A stretch of 64,000 bases of DNA from Acholeplasmataceae bacterium (GCA_963667565.1 OY763415.1:64001-128000); one strand, 5' to 3'; shown: positions 21,896 to 31,171, counted from the stretch's first letter. The notes: a model not told the origin generated them from the letters alone. A program made the numbers and translations.

Positions 21896-22777
21896 ATGAA
21901 AAAAGTTATTGTTGTTGGTGGTGCGGTGATTGATATCTTTGCACAACCCAAAGATAAATTTATTATGCACGATTCTAATCCAGGATACTTAAAAAAATCA
22001 TTAGGTGGTGTGGCAAGAAATATTGCAGAAAATCTTGCAAGATTAGATATTGATACAACCCTAATTACTGTGATTGGTAAAGATGATGGTAAAAAATTGA
22101 TTATGCAAAATGCACAAGAAGTGATGCTAAAATTATCTTCAGTACCTGTTCATCAAACACCTACATATCTATCAATCTTAGATGATCAAAACGATATGGT
22201 AGCTGCGATCGCAGATATGGATGAAATTGAATTACTATCAAAAGATGATATTAAAAAAAGAGATGTGATCTTTCAAAATTCTGATTACATTGTTTTAGAT
22301 ACTAATCTTAAAAAAGAGACGATTGAACATATTTTAAAAACATATCAACATAAAGAAATTTATGTTGATGTGATATCATGTCAAAAGGCAGAAAAAATTA
22401 AATCGTTATACCGTTATATTTATGGTATTAAATTAAACTTATTAGAAGCAAAATATTTAAGTGGAATGGATAAAGAAGATATACAAACCATTGCTAAATA
22501 TTTTATTGCTCAAGGCGTCAAAGAAGTCTATATTACTTTAGGCAAAGATGGATCACTTTATATGAGTAAAAATCAAATGATCAAATCCATGTCTCATAAA
22601 GTTGAAGTGTCGAATACAGCAGGTGCAGGAGATGCATTTTTAGCAGGTGTTATATACGCTAAAGTTAAAGGTTATGATCCTGTGATTTATGCACAAAAAG
22701 CTGCTATTTTAACACTTAAATCAGAAAAAGCTGTGAGTGAACTTATGAATGTGAAAAATTTGGAGGATACAAAATGA
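21896..22777 (+). CDS. psuK: PfkB-family kinase, probable pseudouridine kinase
   Basis: GGVARNIAENLARL, NTAGAGDAF; coupled to psuG. Confidence 0.75.
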   Translation: MKKVIVVGGAVIDIFAQPKDKFIMHDSNPGYLKKSLGGVARNIAENLARLDIDTTLITVIGKDDGKKLIMQNAQEVMLKLSSVPVHQTPTYLSILDDQNDMVAAIADMDEIELLSKDDIKKRDVIFQNSDYIVLDTNLKKETIEHILKTYQHKEIYVDVISCQKAEKIKSLYRYIYGIKLNLLEAKYLSGMDKEDIQTIAKYFIAQGVKEVYITLGKDGSLYMSKNQMIKSMSHKVEVSNTAGAGDAFLAGVIYAKVKGYDPVIYAQKAAILTLKSEKAVSELMNVKNLEDTK

Positions 22778-23688
22778 ACCCTATGATAGAGATTAACCAA
22801 AAAGTATTAGATGCTTTAGATGCACAAAAAGCGGTTGTCGCTTTAGAATCAACGATTATTTCTCATGGAATGCCATATCCTGAAAATGTAGAGATGGCAA
22901 GAAATGTTGAAAAGATTATTGAAGAAGAAGGTGCAGTACCTGCAACTATCGCAATCATTAAAGGTGTGATTAAAGTTGGTTTAACAGATGAAGAACTACT
23001 TTATTTAGCACAAGCCAAAGATGTTGTTAAAGTGAGTAAAAGAGATTTTGGATATGTCATATCACAAGGTTTAACAGGTGCTACTACGGTATCAGCGACC
23101 ATGTTAGTTGCTAAAATGGCAGGTATTAAAGTGTTTGCTACTGGTGGTATAGGTGGTGTGCATCGTGGTGCAGAAACATCATTTGATATTTCTAGAGACT
23201 TAGAAGAACTTGCTTCACAAGAAGTTTGCGTTGTATGTGCTGGTGCCAAGTCAATTCTTGATTTAGGTTTAACTAAAGAATATTTAGAAACCAAAGGTGT
23301 TGAATTACTAGGTTATCAAACAAAAGAACTTCCTGCTTTTTATACAAGAGAAAGTGGATTTGAAGTTGATTATGATATGCAAAATCCAAAAGATATCGCA
23401 AAACTTATGAAAGCAAAATGGGATTTAGGATTATCAGGTGGCATGGTTGTCGCAAATCCTATTCCTAAAGCATATAGTCAAGATAAAGATAAAATGGATA
23501 AAGTGATTCAAGAAGCATTAGACAAAGCTGATGAACTACATGTTAAAGGTAAAGATATCACACCATTTTTATTAGATTACATTAAAACAAATACAAAAGG
23601 TGAGAGTTTAAAAGCTAATCTTGAATTGGTATTTAATAATGCTAGACTCGCAGCACAAATCGCAAAAGCATTTGAATCATTAACATAA
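22774..23688 (+). CDS. psuG: Pseudouridine-5'-phosphate glycosidase
   Basis: VALESTIISHGMPYP, ATGGIGGVHRG, GAKSILD. Confidence 0.95.
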   Translation: MNPMIEINQKVLDALDAQKAVVALESTIISHGMPYPENVEMARNVEKIIEEEGAVPATIAIIKGVIKVGLTDEELLYLAQAKDVVKVSKRDFGYVISQGLTGATTVSATMLVAKMAGIKVFATGGIGGVHRGAETSFDISRDLEELASQEVCVVCAGAKSILDLGLTKEYLETKGVELLGYQTKELPAFYTRESGFEVDYDMQNPKDIAKLMKAKWDLGLSGGMVVANPIPKAYSQDKDKMDKVIQEALDKADELHVKGKDITPFLLDYIKTNTKGESLKANLELVFNNARLAAQIAKAFESLT

Positions 23689-23690
23689 AC

Positions 23691-23716
23691 AAAAAAGCCG
23701 GAAATCCGGCTTTTGT
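23691..23716. terminator. Bidirectional terminator
   Basis: aaaaaagccgg-aaat-ccggctttt. Confidence 0.8.
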
Positions 23717-23824
23717 TTTTGATATTGATTTTATATTAGTTAAAAGAGAGAGACTAATAAGATATTTAAGGATAGGAAAGAAGAAAATTTTAATCAATAT
23801 CACTTAGTTAGTTGTTTGGTTTAC
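23691..23824 (-). ncRNA. Candidate ~130-nt small RNA
   Basis: Minus-strand TGnTATAAT at 23839-23831; 11-bp outer stem, two CU-rich loops, terminator with U6. Confidence 0.4.
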
Positions 23825-23983
23825 ATGCTTATTATAGCACTCTGTTTTCATCTATAAAAGCAAAATAACTGTTATTACATAAGTTCACATAATGTTGACA
23901 TAATATGCATTATTTAATCACTGTTGGTCGGTAATACTTTGTTAAAAAAAGTAAAATGAACATTTCAATTTTATCGCCTTTTA

Positions 23984-24012
23984 TTGACATTTCAGGGTTA
24001 CTCGGTTAATAT
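23984..24012 (+). promoter_or_regulatory. SigA-type promoter for the spt-like operon
   Basis: TTGACA-17-TAATAT. Confidence 0.55.
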
Positions 24013-24056
24013 ATGTTAGAATACAAAAAGAGAGAAAATGATTCGAGGGACTACTT

Positions 24057-25244
24057 ATGGATTTATTTAATAAGTGCTTTCAGTATAAAACTGCTGAAAT
24101 CGCCAAAAGTGAAGGATATTATCCTTATTTCCACGTATTAGAATCTAAGCAAGATACGGTTGTTGAAATGGAAGGCAAACGTATGATCATGATTGGGTCT
24201 AATAACTACTTAGGACTTGCATCACATCCCGATGTGATCAAAGCAAGTGTTGATGCTACAAATCATTATGGTACCGGCGTATCTGGATCTAGATTTTTAA
24301 ACGGTACATTAACTTTACATACACAATTTGAACAAGAAATGGCTGAATTTCTAAATAAGGAAGCAGTCACGATTTTTTCTACTGGTTTTCAATCAAATTT
24401 AGGTATTATTTCAGCCATTGCTGGTAGAAATGATATTATCTTTTCTGATAAAGAAAATCATGCAAGTATTTATGATGCGATTAAATTAAGTTATGCAGAA
24501 GTTGTTAGATATAATCATAATGATATGCAAGACTTAGAGAATAAGATTGCTAAAGCAGATCCAAATAAAGGATTTTTAATTGTTACTGATGGCGTATTTT
24601 CTATGAGTGGTGATATTTGTAACTTACCTGAAATTGTTAGAATTGGTAAGACTTATGGTGCACGCATTATGGTAGATGATGCGCATGGCTTAGGTGTCAT
24701 GGGTGCTCATGGTAGAGGTACTGCAGAACATTTTGGATTAGAAGATGAAGTTGATATTTATATGGGTACATTCTCTAAATCACTAGCAAGTCTTGGTGGA
24801 TATGTTGCTGCTCAAAAAGAAGTGGTTGAATATATCAGACATAATTCTAGACCATATATTTTCTCAGCTGCTATTCCTGCTGGAAATGTCGCATCAGCAC
24901 TTGAAGCATTACGCATTTTAAAGAAAGAACCAGAGCGTGTTAAAAACTTAAATGATATTGCAGATTATATGAGAGCTGCACTTAAAAAACGAGGTTTAGA
25001 GTTAAGAGAATCTTCAACACCAATTATTCCAATTTTTACATACACGCCAATTCGTACGATGGTCGCATGTAACATGCTATTTGAACGTGGTGTATATGTT
25101 AATCCAGTGATTCCACCAGCAACTCCTATTGGTGAATGCTTGATTAGAACAAGTTATACATCAACACATACGAAAGAACTTATGGATGAAGCAGCAGATA
25201 AAATTGCTGAAGTCTTAGAGTTACTAAAGGATATGAAAGAATAA
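24057..25244 (+). CDS. PLP-dependent alpha-oxoamine synthase, serine palmitoyltransferase-like
   Basis: GYYPYF, GSNNYLGL, GSRFLNGT, NHASI, DGVFSM, DDAH, GTFSKSLA, YIFSA. Confidence 0.8.
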   Translation: MDLFNKCFQYKTAEIAKSEGYYPYFHVLESKQDTVVEMEGKRMIMIGSNNYLGLASHPDVIKASVDATNHYGTGVSGSRFLNGTLTLHTQFEQEMAEFLNKEAVTIFSTGFQSNLGIISAIAGRNDIIFSDKENHASIYDAIKLSYAEVVRYNHNDMQDLENKIAKADPNKGFLIVTDGVFSMSGDICNLPEIVRIGKTYGARIMVDDAHGLGVMGAHGRGTAEHFGLEDEVDIYMGTFSKSLASLGGYVAAQKEVVEYIRHNSRPYIFSAAIPAGNVASALEALRILKKEPERVKNLNDIADYMRAALKKRGLELRESSTPIIPIFTYTPIRTMVACNMLFERGVYVNPVIPPATPIGECLIRTSYTSTHTKELMDEAADKIAEVLELLKDMKE

Positions 25245-26041
25245 TGAATAAAGTCATTGTTATTACTGGAGCATCTAGTGGTATCGGATTTGAGACTGCT
25301 TTATTGCTTGCTAAAAAAGGATATCAAGTCTATGGTATTTCTAGATCTAAAATTGATCATGAACTTATCATGAGCAAACAAGCAGATGTGACAGATATGA
25401 ACCAATTAAATCAAGTGTTAAAAGAAATCCATGAAGAAACTGGGCGAATTGATACCATTATTAATAACGCTGGAATGGGTATCAGTGGAAGTGTAGAATA
25501 TACTTCTATAGAGGATTTATCCTATATTTTAGATGTAAATTTAAAAGGTGTTGTTTATGGATGTCAAGCTGCACTGCCTTATTTAAGAGAAACCAAAGGT
25601 AAGATCATTAATGTTGGTTCGGTTGCAGGTACACTTGCAATTCCATTCCAATCGTTTTATAGTGCATCTAAAGCAGCTGTTGAAGCTTTTTCTGATGCAT
25701 TATCCATTGAAGTTAAACCTATGGGTATCAAAGTATGTACGGTGCTTCCTGGAGATATTAAAACCGGATTTACAAAAAACAGAAGAAAAAACGCATTTGA
25801 AAGCGAACTTTATGAAACGCGTGTATTAAAGTCAATTGGTGTCATGGAAAAAGACGAACAAAATGGTATGTCTAGTCAATATGCAGCTAAAGTCTTCTTA
25901 AAACTTGTTAAAAAGAAACAAATGCCATTAGTTAAAACCATCGGTTTTAAATATAAAGTATTTGTTTTTCTTCAAAAAGTATTACCAAAACGTATGGTTG
26001 TCTTTATTGTTGGACTTTTGTACGGATTTAATAAAGATTAA
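25244..26041 (+). CDS. SDR oxidoreductase, candidate 3-ketosphinganine reductase
   Basis: TGASSGIG, NNAG, YSASK, PGDIKTGFT; TAATG overlap with the upstream gene. Confidence 0.8.
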   Translation: MNKVIVITGASSGIGFETALLLAKKGYQVYGISRSKIDHELIMSKQADVTDMNQLNQVLKEIHEETGRIDTIINNAGMGISGSVEYTSIEDLSYILDVNLKGVVYGCQAALPYLRETKGKIINVGSVAGTLAIPFQSFYSASKAAVEAFSDALSIEVKPMGIKVCTVLPGDIKTGFTKNRRKNAFESELYETRVLKSIGVMEKDEQNGMSSQYAAKVFLKLVKKKQMPLVKTIGFKYKVFVFLQKVLPKRMVVFIVGLLYGFNKD

Positions 26042-26062
26042 AAAGCCGATTGGCTTTTTTTT
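26040..26062 (+). terminator. Terminator closing the two-gene operon
   Basis: aaaaagcc-gatt-ggcttttt. Confidence 0.7.
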
Positions 26063-26106
26063 ATCTTTATATGATAAAATAGTAAATAAAATTAAAGAGG
26101 TGCCAT

Positions 26107-27906
26107 ATGAAAAAGCAATTACCAAAAAGATCAGAAGTTGATCCATTATTAACTTGGGATGTAAACCAGTTATTTGAAACTGAAGAAGCATATGAAAAAG
26201 CATTAGAAGAAACAGCATCATTAGTTGATGTATTTGCTAAGACATATGAACATAAATTAAATGAACCTGTGATTATTAACAAAGCATTAGATGAACTTAA
26301 GAAGATTCAAGAAAATTTTGTTGTTTTATCGTCTTATCAATCATTGCAATCATCTGGCGATTCAACAGATGAAAAGAATCAAATGAGAAGTGGAAACTTT
26401 ATGATTAAGTTTCAAAAGATGGTACAAAAATTAACATTTGTTACTGTTGAACTTAATTTAGTCGATTTAGAAGTTTTAAAAGAAGCACAAAAATTAAGTG
26501 TAGAAAATGCAAATCATTTAGAAGATATCATTTTAGAAAGACCACATATTTTATCGCCAGATGCTCAAAAAGCAGTCGTTGCACTATCTCAAACATTAAA
26601 TGCAGCGTATCCTAACTATCAAAGATTTAAGTTAGCGGATATGAAGTTTGCAGATTTTGAAGTTGACGGTATCATGCATCCTAATTCATTTACTTTATTT
26701 GAAAACGAATGGGAATATGAAAAAGATGCTAAAGTTAGAAGAAAAGCTTATGAAACATTTTATCAAACGTTAAGTCAATATCAAAATGGACTTGCTAATA
26801 ATTATCAAGCACATGTTCAAAAAGAAAAAGCACTTGCATCATTGACTGGATTTGATTCAGTGTTTGATTATCTACTTTTTGATCAAAAAGTAGGTAAAGA
26901 TATGATGGATCGTCAAATTGATGTCATCATGGAAAAATTGGCACCTGCGATGAGAAAATATGCAAAATTACTTCAAAAAATTCATGGATTAGATAAAATG
27001 ACTTATGCCGATTTAAAGATTGCAGTTGATCCAGAGTTAGAACCTAAAGTCACAGTAGAAGATGCTAAAACATATATTTTAGAAGGACTTGCAAAACTTG
27101 GTCCTGAGTATTTAGATATTGCAAGACGCTCATTTGATGAAAGATGGATTGATTTCCCTCAAAATATTGGTAAATCTACGGGTGGTTTTTGTGCATCACC
27201 TTATGGGAAAAACTCATTCATTTTAATTAATTGGAATGGACAAATGGATGAAGTGATGGTATTAGCACATGAGATTGGTCATGCAGGACATTTCCAATAT
27301 GCGAATGCCAATCAAAATATCTTTAATACAAGACCTTCCATGTATTTTATTGAAGCACCATCAACAACCAATGAACTCATCATGGCAAGACATTTAATTA
27401 AAAACACCAAAGATAAGAGATTGAAACGTTGGATTTTATCAGTGATGATTTCAAGAACTTATTATCATAATTTTGTTACTCATTTATTAGAAGCTGCTTA
27501 CCAAAGAAAAGTATATGAAAAAGTTGATTTAGGTCAACCCTTATCAGCCAGAGTATTAAATGATTTAAAACTAAGTGTTTTAAAACAATTTTGGGGAGAT
27601 GAAGTTGAGATTCCAGATTATGCAGGACTTACTTGGATGAGACAACCACATTATTTTATGGGATTATATCCATATACTTATTCAGCAGGGTTAACTATTG
27701 GTACAGTTGTATCGGATAAGATTTTTAAAGGTGAGTTAGATCCTAATGAATGGATTAAAGTTTTAAAAGCTGGTGGTACAAAATCACCTCTTGAATTAGC
27801 TCAAATGGTTGGTGTGGATGTGTCTACTGAAGAACCATTAATTAACGCGATTAAGTTTATCAGCGATACTATTGATGAAATTGAAACATTAACAAAAGAA
27901 CTATAA
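26107..27906 (+). CDS. pepF: Oligoendopeptidase F (M3B)
   Basis: GKSTGGFC, HEIGH, EAPST, QPHY. Confidence 0.92.
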   Translation: MKKQLPKRSEVDPLLTWDVNQLFETEEAYEKALEETASLVDVFAKTYEHKLNEPVIINKALDELKKIQENFVVLSSYQSLQSSGDSTDEKNQMRSGNFMIKFQKMVQKLTFVTVELNLVDLEVLKEAQKLSVENANHLEDIILERPHILSPDAQKAVVALSQTLNAAYPNYQRFKLADMKFADFEVDGIMHPNSFTLFENEWEYEKDAKVRRKAYETFYQTLSQYQNGLANNYQAHVQKEKALASLTGFDSVFDYLLFDQKVGKDMMDRQIDVIMEKLAPAMRKYAKLLQKIHGLDKMTYADLKIAVDPELEPKVTVEDAKTYILEGLAKLGPEYLDIARRSFDERWIDFPQNIGKSTGGFCASPYGKNSFILINWNGQMDEVMVLAHEIGHAGHFQYANANQNIFNTRPSMYFIEAPSTTNELIMARHLIKNTKDKRLKRWILSVMISRTYYHNFVTHLLEAAYQRKVYEKVDLGQPLSARVLNDLKLSVLKQFWGDEVEIPDYAGLTWMRQPHYFMGLYPYTYSAGLTIGTVVSDKIFKGELDPNEWIKVLKAGGTKSPLELAQMVGVDVSTEEPLINAIKFISDTIDEIETLTKEL

Positions 27907-27914
27907 CATATGAT

Positions 27915-27939
27915 AACCACTCAAAAAGAGTGGTTTTTT
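27915..27939 (+). terminator. Intrinsic terminator after pepF
   Basis: aaccactc-aaaaa-gagtggtt plus T-run. Confidence 0.8.
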
Positions 27940-28057
27940 ATTTATATTATGTATTATAGGACATATCCGCCCTGTTTTCATATAAGAATTCAAATTATAA
28001 TAGAAATATAAGACACCAATGACATCTGCATACACATTTTTTTGGAGGGACAAAGAA

Positions 28058-28411
28058 ATGAAAAAAATGTTTAAAGCGTTTGATTCTTATGAAATCAGAA
28101 GTATGGTAAAAAGAATGGAACGTCGAGAAAAAATCATCGCAATCATCTTGTTATTCGCGATGATTTTAAGCATGATACCTTATCAGGTATTTGCAAAAAC
28201 AGAAGATGTATCACATCAAGAAAGTGAAGTCAGCCAAGAAGAACATACATACAGTTATGATGTAGCAAGTAAAGATATACCTATAGTTGCAAAAGATACA
28301 TCAAAAAGAACAATCAATGAAAAACACTTTAGAAAAGAAGATGGCACATATGAAGTTGCTATCTATGATGGTGCTGTTCATTATTACTTACATATGATAC
28401 TCCATTTGTAG
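28058..28411 (+). pseudogene. N-terminal stub of a large secreted YD/Rhs (WapA-like) protein
   Basis: GGAGG RBS, signal peptide ending VFA, KRTINEKHFRKEDGTYEVAIYDGAVHY motif, then abrupt end. Confidence 0.65.
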
Positions 28412-28520
28412 TCCATCCTTCACCTCCAAATTCAAATCCATTATTGGTAACTTGATTATATCTATTCTCATTAAATCCATTATTGATTTGAATGTTATCA
28501 AAATATACTGTAGATATAGA
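28381..28520 (-). pseudogene. Inverted internal fragment of a large Rhs-type protein
   Basis: Minus strand reads VYFDNIQINNGFNENRYNQVTNNGFEFGGEGW, a CBM-like repeat boundary typical of such proteins. Confidence 0.55.
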
Positions 28521-29014
28521 CATATCAATATAACGATCAAGGTGTAAGAGTATCAAAAGAAACCAATACACATCAGTATGAGTACATTGTTGATGGATAT
28601 TTAGTGCTTGTTGAAATCATTGATGGTACTAGCTATATCTATTATACATATGATGTTGATGGTACATTGATTAGTATGAATTACCAAGGTGTTGAGTATT
28701 ACTATATGAGTAATTTGCAAGGTGACATCATTGGAATGATAGATGGATCAGGAAATATCGTGGTAAAATATAGTTATGATGCATGGGGTAATATCTTATA
28801 TCAATGGACATCCATTACTAACTTAGATGATATCAATCCATATCGATATAGAGGATATCGATATGACGAGGAAACAAATCTATATTATTTAAATGCAAGA
28901 TATTATGATCCATCCATAGCAAGATTTATATCAGCAGATGATGTAAGTTTTATATCAGATGATCAAGCATCAAGTATTAATTTATATGCATATACTCTCA
29001 ATAATCCGGTGATG
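28509..29014 (+). repeat. Rhs core repeat copy 1 (pairs with 31330-31834)
   Basis: Offset 2820; about 27 mismatches over 28531-28990 by manual count (~94%). Confidence 0.95.
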
Positions 29015-29569
29015 GGTTATGATCCTTATGGGACATTTGATTGGGCAAGAATACTTTTGGCAGCGGGAATAGTAACTAGTGGTGTTGCATTATTAGTTAT
29101 AGGGTGTGGAATTTTAGGATTCGGTGTTTTATATTTTGCTGCAGTTGCTATAACAACAGTCGTTAATGCTGCCAGCGCACTAACTGAAAAAGTAGTTGTT
29201 ATGGATTTATCAATAACAGGGAATAATCCAAATGGAACAAACTTGAAGATTGGACTTTCTTTCATTGTTGACTATGATGATTTAAATATGGAAGGTTATT
29301 TTCATAGTGGAGTAGTAATTGGAAATTCTTTTGGACCCACATTTTCTGTGGGAGTAGTTACAAACTATGCTGGTGAAGGATCTTATGCGGGATATTTTGT
29401 TGGTACAGGTGGGAGTTTAAATGGATATGGTGCTGAAAAAAGTATAGATCCAACTGGTGGTCATAATGCTGTTGGTGCTACTTCAATGACTTTTTCATTA
29501 TTACCATTTCAAACTAGAAATGGAGCAGCTGTATTTTTTGAATACGAATATTATATTAAGGTTTTTTAG
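28604..29569 (+). CDS. Rhs repeat-associated core plus variable C-terminal tip 1 (orphan/truncated)
   Basis: NPYRYRGYRYDEETNLYYLNARYYDP, NLYAYTLNNPVMGYDPYG. Confidence 0.88.
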   Translation: MLVEIIDGTSYIYYTYDVDGTLISMNYQGVEYYYMSNLQGDIIGMIDGSGNIVVKYSYDAWGNILYQWTSITNLDDINPYRYRGYRYDEETNLYYLNARYYDPSIARFISADDVSFISDDQASSINLYAYTLNNPVMGYDPYGTFDWARILLAAGIVTSGVALLVIGCGILGFGVLYFAAVAITTVVNAASALTEKVVVMDLSITGNNPNGTNLKIGLSFIVDYDDLNMEGYFHSGVVIGNSFGPTFSVGVVTNYAGEGSYAGYFVGTGGSLNGYGAEKSIDPTGGHNAVGATSMTFSLLPFQTRNGAAVFFEYEYYIKVF

Positions 29570-29575
29570 GAGTAT

Positions 29576-30031
29576 ATGATGAAATTTTCTTATGAGTTAT
29601 ATAAAAAAGCGACATTAATTTGGCCACTGATTTCTTGCATATTAGGATCTGTGTTAATAATTTCCGCTATATTGTATATGTTTTTTTCTAAAAGTGGATA
29701 CAAACACAAACTGACTAGATCGATTTCATTTGTTTTGTTAGCAATTTATCTAATTGTATTTAATGCACCAGTTTTAAAATATGGCATATATTTGATTAAT
29801 GAAAATCCAAATTCTTTTTTAGTCGTAGAAGGCAGAATAGATAGTATTGAAGAATATTCTCATTCTCCTAAATACACATTAGAATCTTATGTTGTTTATG
29901 CTAGTATTGTCACTGTTGATGGCGAAGAATATTATTTTATGACAGCAGAAAACATCAATATTGGAGAAAATATTGAAATTATATATTTACCAAATAGTCA
30001 TATAGTATTAGAATACAAAATCAGTGATTAA
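29576..30031 (+). CDS. Membrane protein, putative immunity to tip 1
   Basis: Immediately downstream of the tip; 2 TM plus beta domain ending YLPNSHIVLE. Confidence 0.65.
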   Translation: MMKFSYELYKKATLIWPLISCILGSVLIISAILYMFFSKSGYKHKLTRSISFVLLAIYLIVFNAPVLKYGIYLINENPNSFLVVEGRIDSIEEYSHSPKYTLESYVVYASIVTVDGEEYYFMTAENINIGENIEIIYLPNSHIVLEYKISD

Positions 30032-30042
30032 AGGAGTTTGAC

Positions 30043-30483
30043 ATGATAGATTTTAAAACATATAAAAAAATATTGTTATTTAACCCTTTGATTTTTGTAG
30101 TAATATACCTACTTCTTTTTTCAACGATATTAATCCCTGCTTTTTCTGATAATAGAGATATGACAGACGAACTGATTATTTTTATCCCTTCTCTATTGGT
30201 GTTTTCAGTTATTTTATTTGAATCATTAAAACATGGTGTTTTTTTGTTTTTTGAAAATTCAAGTGATGCTATAGAAACTGTTGTAGATATTTCCAGTAAC
30301 AAAGCTTTATTGTTTACTAAGGCAGTGTTTGTTCAAGGCAAGACAGTGTATTTTAAATACATATATTCAAATAAAAGTAATTTTCTTTGTGGTATGTTGA
30401 ATAATGAAGAATTGATTGGTAAATATAAAATATTATATTTACCAAAAAGTAAAATTGTTTTAGAAATAGATAAGGTAGATTAA
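30043..30483 (+). CDS. Membrane protein, paralogous putative immunity protein
   Basis: AAGGAG RBS; shares LKxGxxLxxEN and YLPxSxIVLE with the previous ORF. Confidence 0.65.
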   Translation: MIDFKTYKKILLFNPLIFVVIYLLLFSTILIPAFSDNRDMTDELIIFIPSLLVFSVILFESLKHGVFLFFENSSDAIETVVDISSNKALLFTKAVFVQGKTVYFKYIYSNKSNFLCGMLNNEELIGKYKILYLPKSKIVLEIDKVD

Positions 30484-30501
30484 ACAATATAGGAAGTTAT
30501 T

Positions 30502-30870
30502 ATGATAAAGTATAAGAGAATCAATATGATAAAAATAGCAAACAAATTTGTATTTTATAGTTAATGCTTAATAATTTTAGTGATAAATTTATTCATTATA
30601 TTTATATCAATTTCAGCAGCAACAATTTATGATGGCACTCATTTAATTATTGAGGCCGATTGGTTGACAATTTATTTGGTATTTGCAATATTGGTCCCAT
30701 TAGTAAGCCTATTTTATGTAAAAATTTTCATGTAAATTGTTATTATTAATGAAAAAGGTATAAAGGCATATAGTCTACTAGGACTCATTTATAAATATCA
30801 GTGGAGCAAAATTAAAATAAAAGCAAACCATAAAAATGAAGAAATTTTAGAAGAGTTTGGATATCTTTAA
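30502..30870 (+). pseudogene. Decayed 2-TM putative immunity gene
   Basis: Single frame with premature TAA at 30562 and 30733; IINEKGI...YQWSKIK. Confidence 0.6.
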
Positions 30871-31147
30871 TTTATACCGTAATAGAATTATTTTTGTAAA
30901 TTGTAAATAAAAAGGCATGCTAAAGAGAATTACGTTAATTCATTGAAACGAAACTCTAATTATAATTGTCTATGAATTGGTAATTTTGAAAGTGTTCATA
31001 TTTAACTTATGTGAAAGATATACAGTTTAAAACAATCAAGTATTAAAAAAGTTAAGTATAATTAAAAAGGATTGATTTCTGCATTGCAATGGAGTCAATC
31101 TGTTACAGTTGAATATTCAATTAAAACAATAACTTTTGGGGTTCACT

Positions 31148-31171
31148 AAAAGGACGAGAAATCGTCTTTTT
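31148..31171 (+). terminator. Terminator-like hairpin before Rhs orphan 2
   Basis: aaaaggacga-gaaa-tcgtcttttt. Confidence 0.6.

Noticed and set aside
23691..23824. 6S RNA, SRP RNA or tRNA identity for the intergenic structure
   Set aside because: Too short and branched for 6S, no SRP GRAA domain motif, no cloverleaf.
24057..25244. Annotation as BioF or Kbl
   Set aside because: Not excluded, but disfavoured: no bio or tdh neighbours, motifs fit the SPT-like subgroup better, and the gene is coupled to an SDR.
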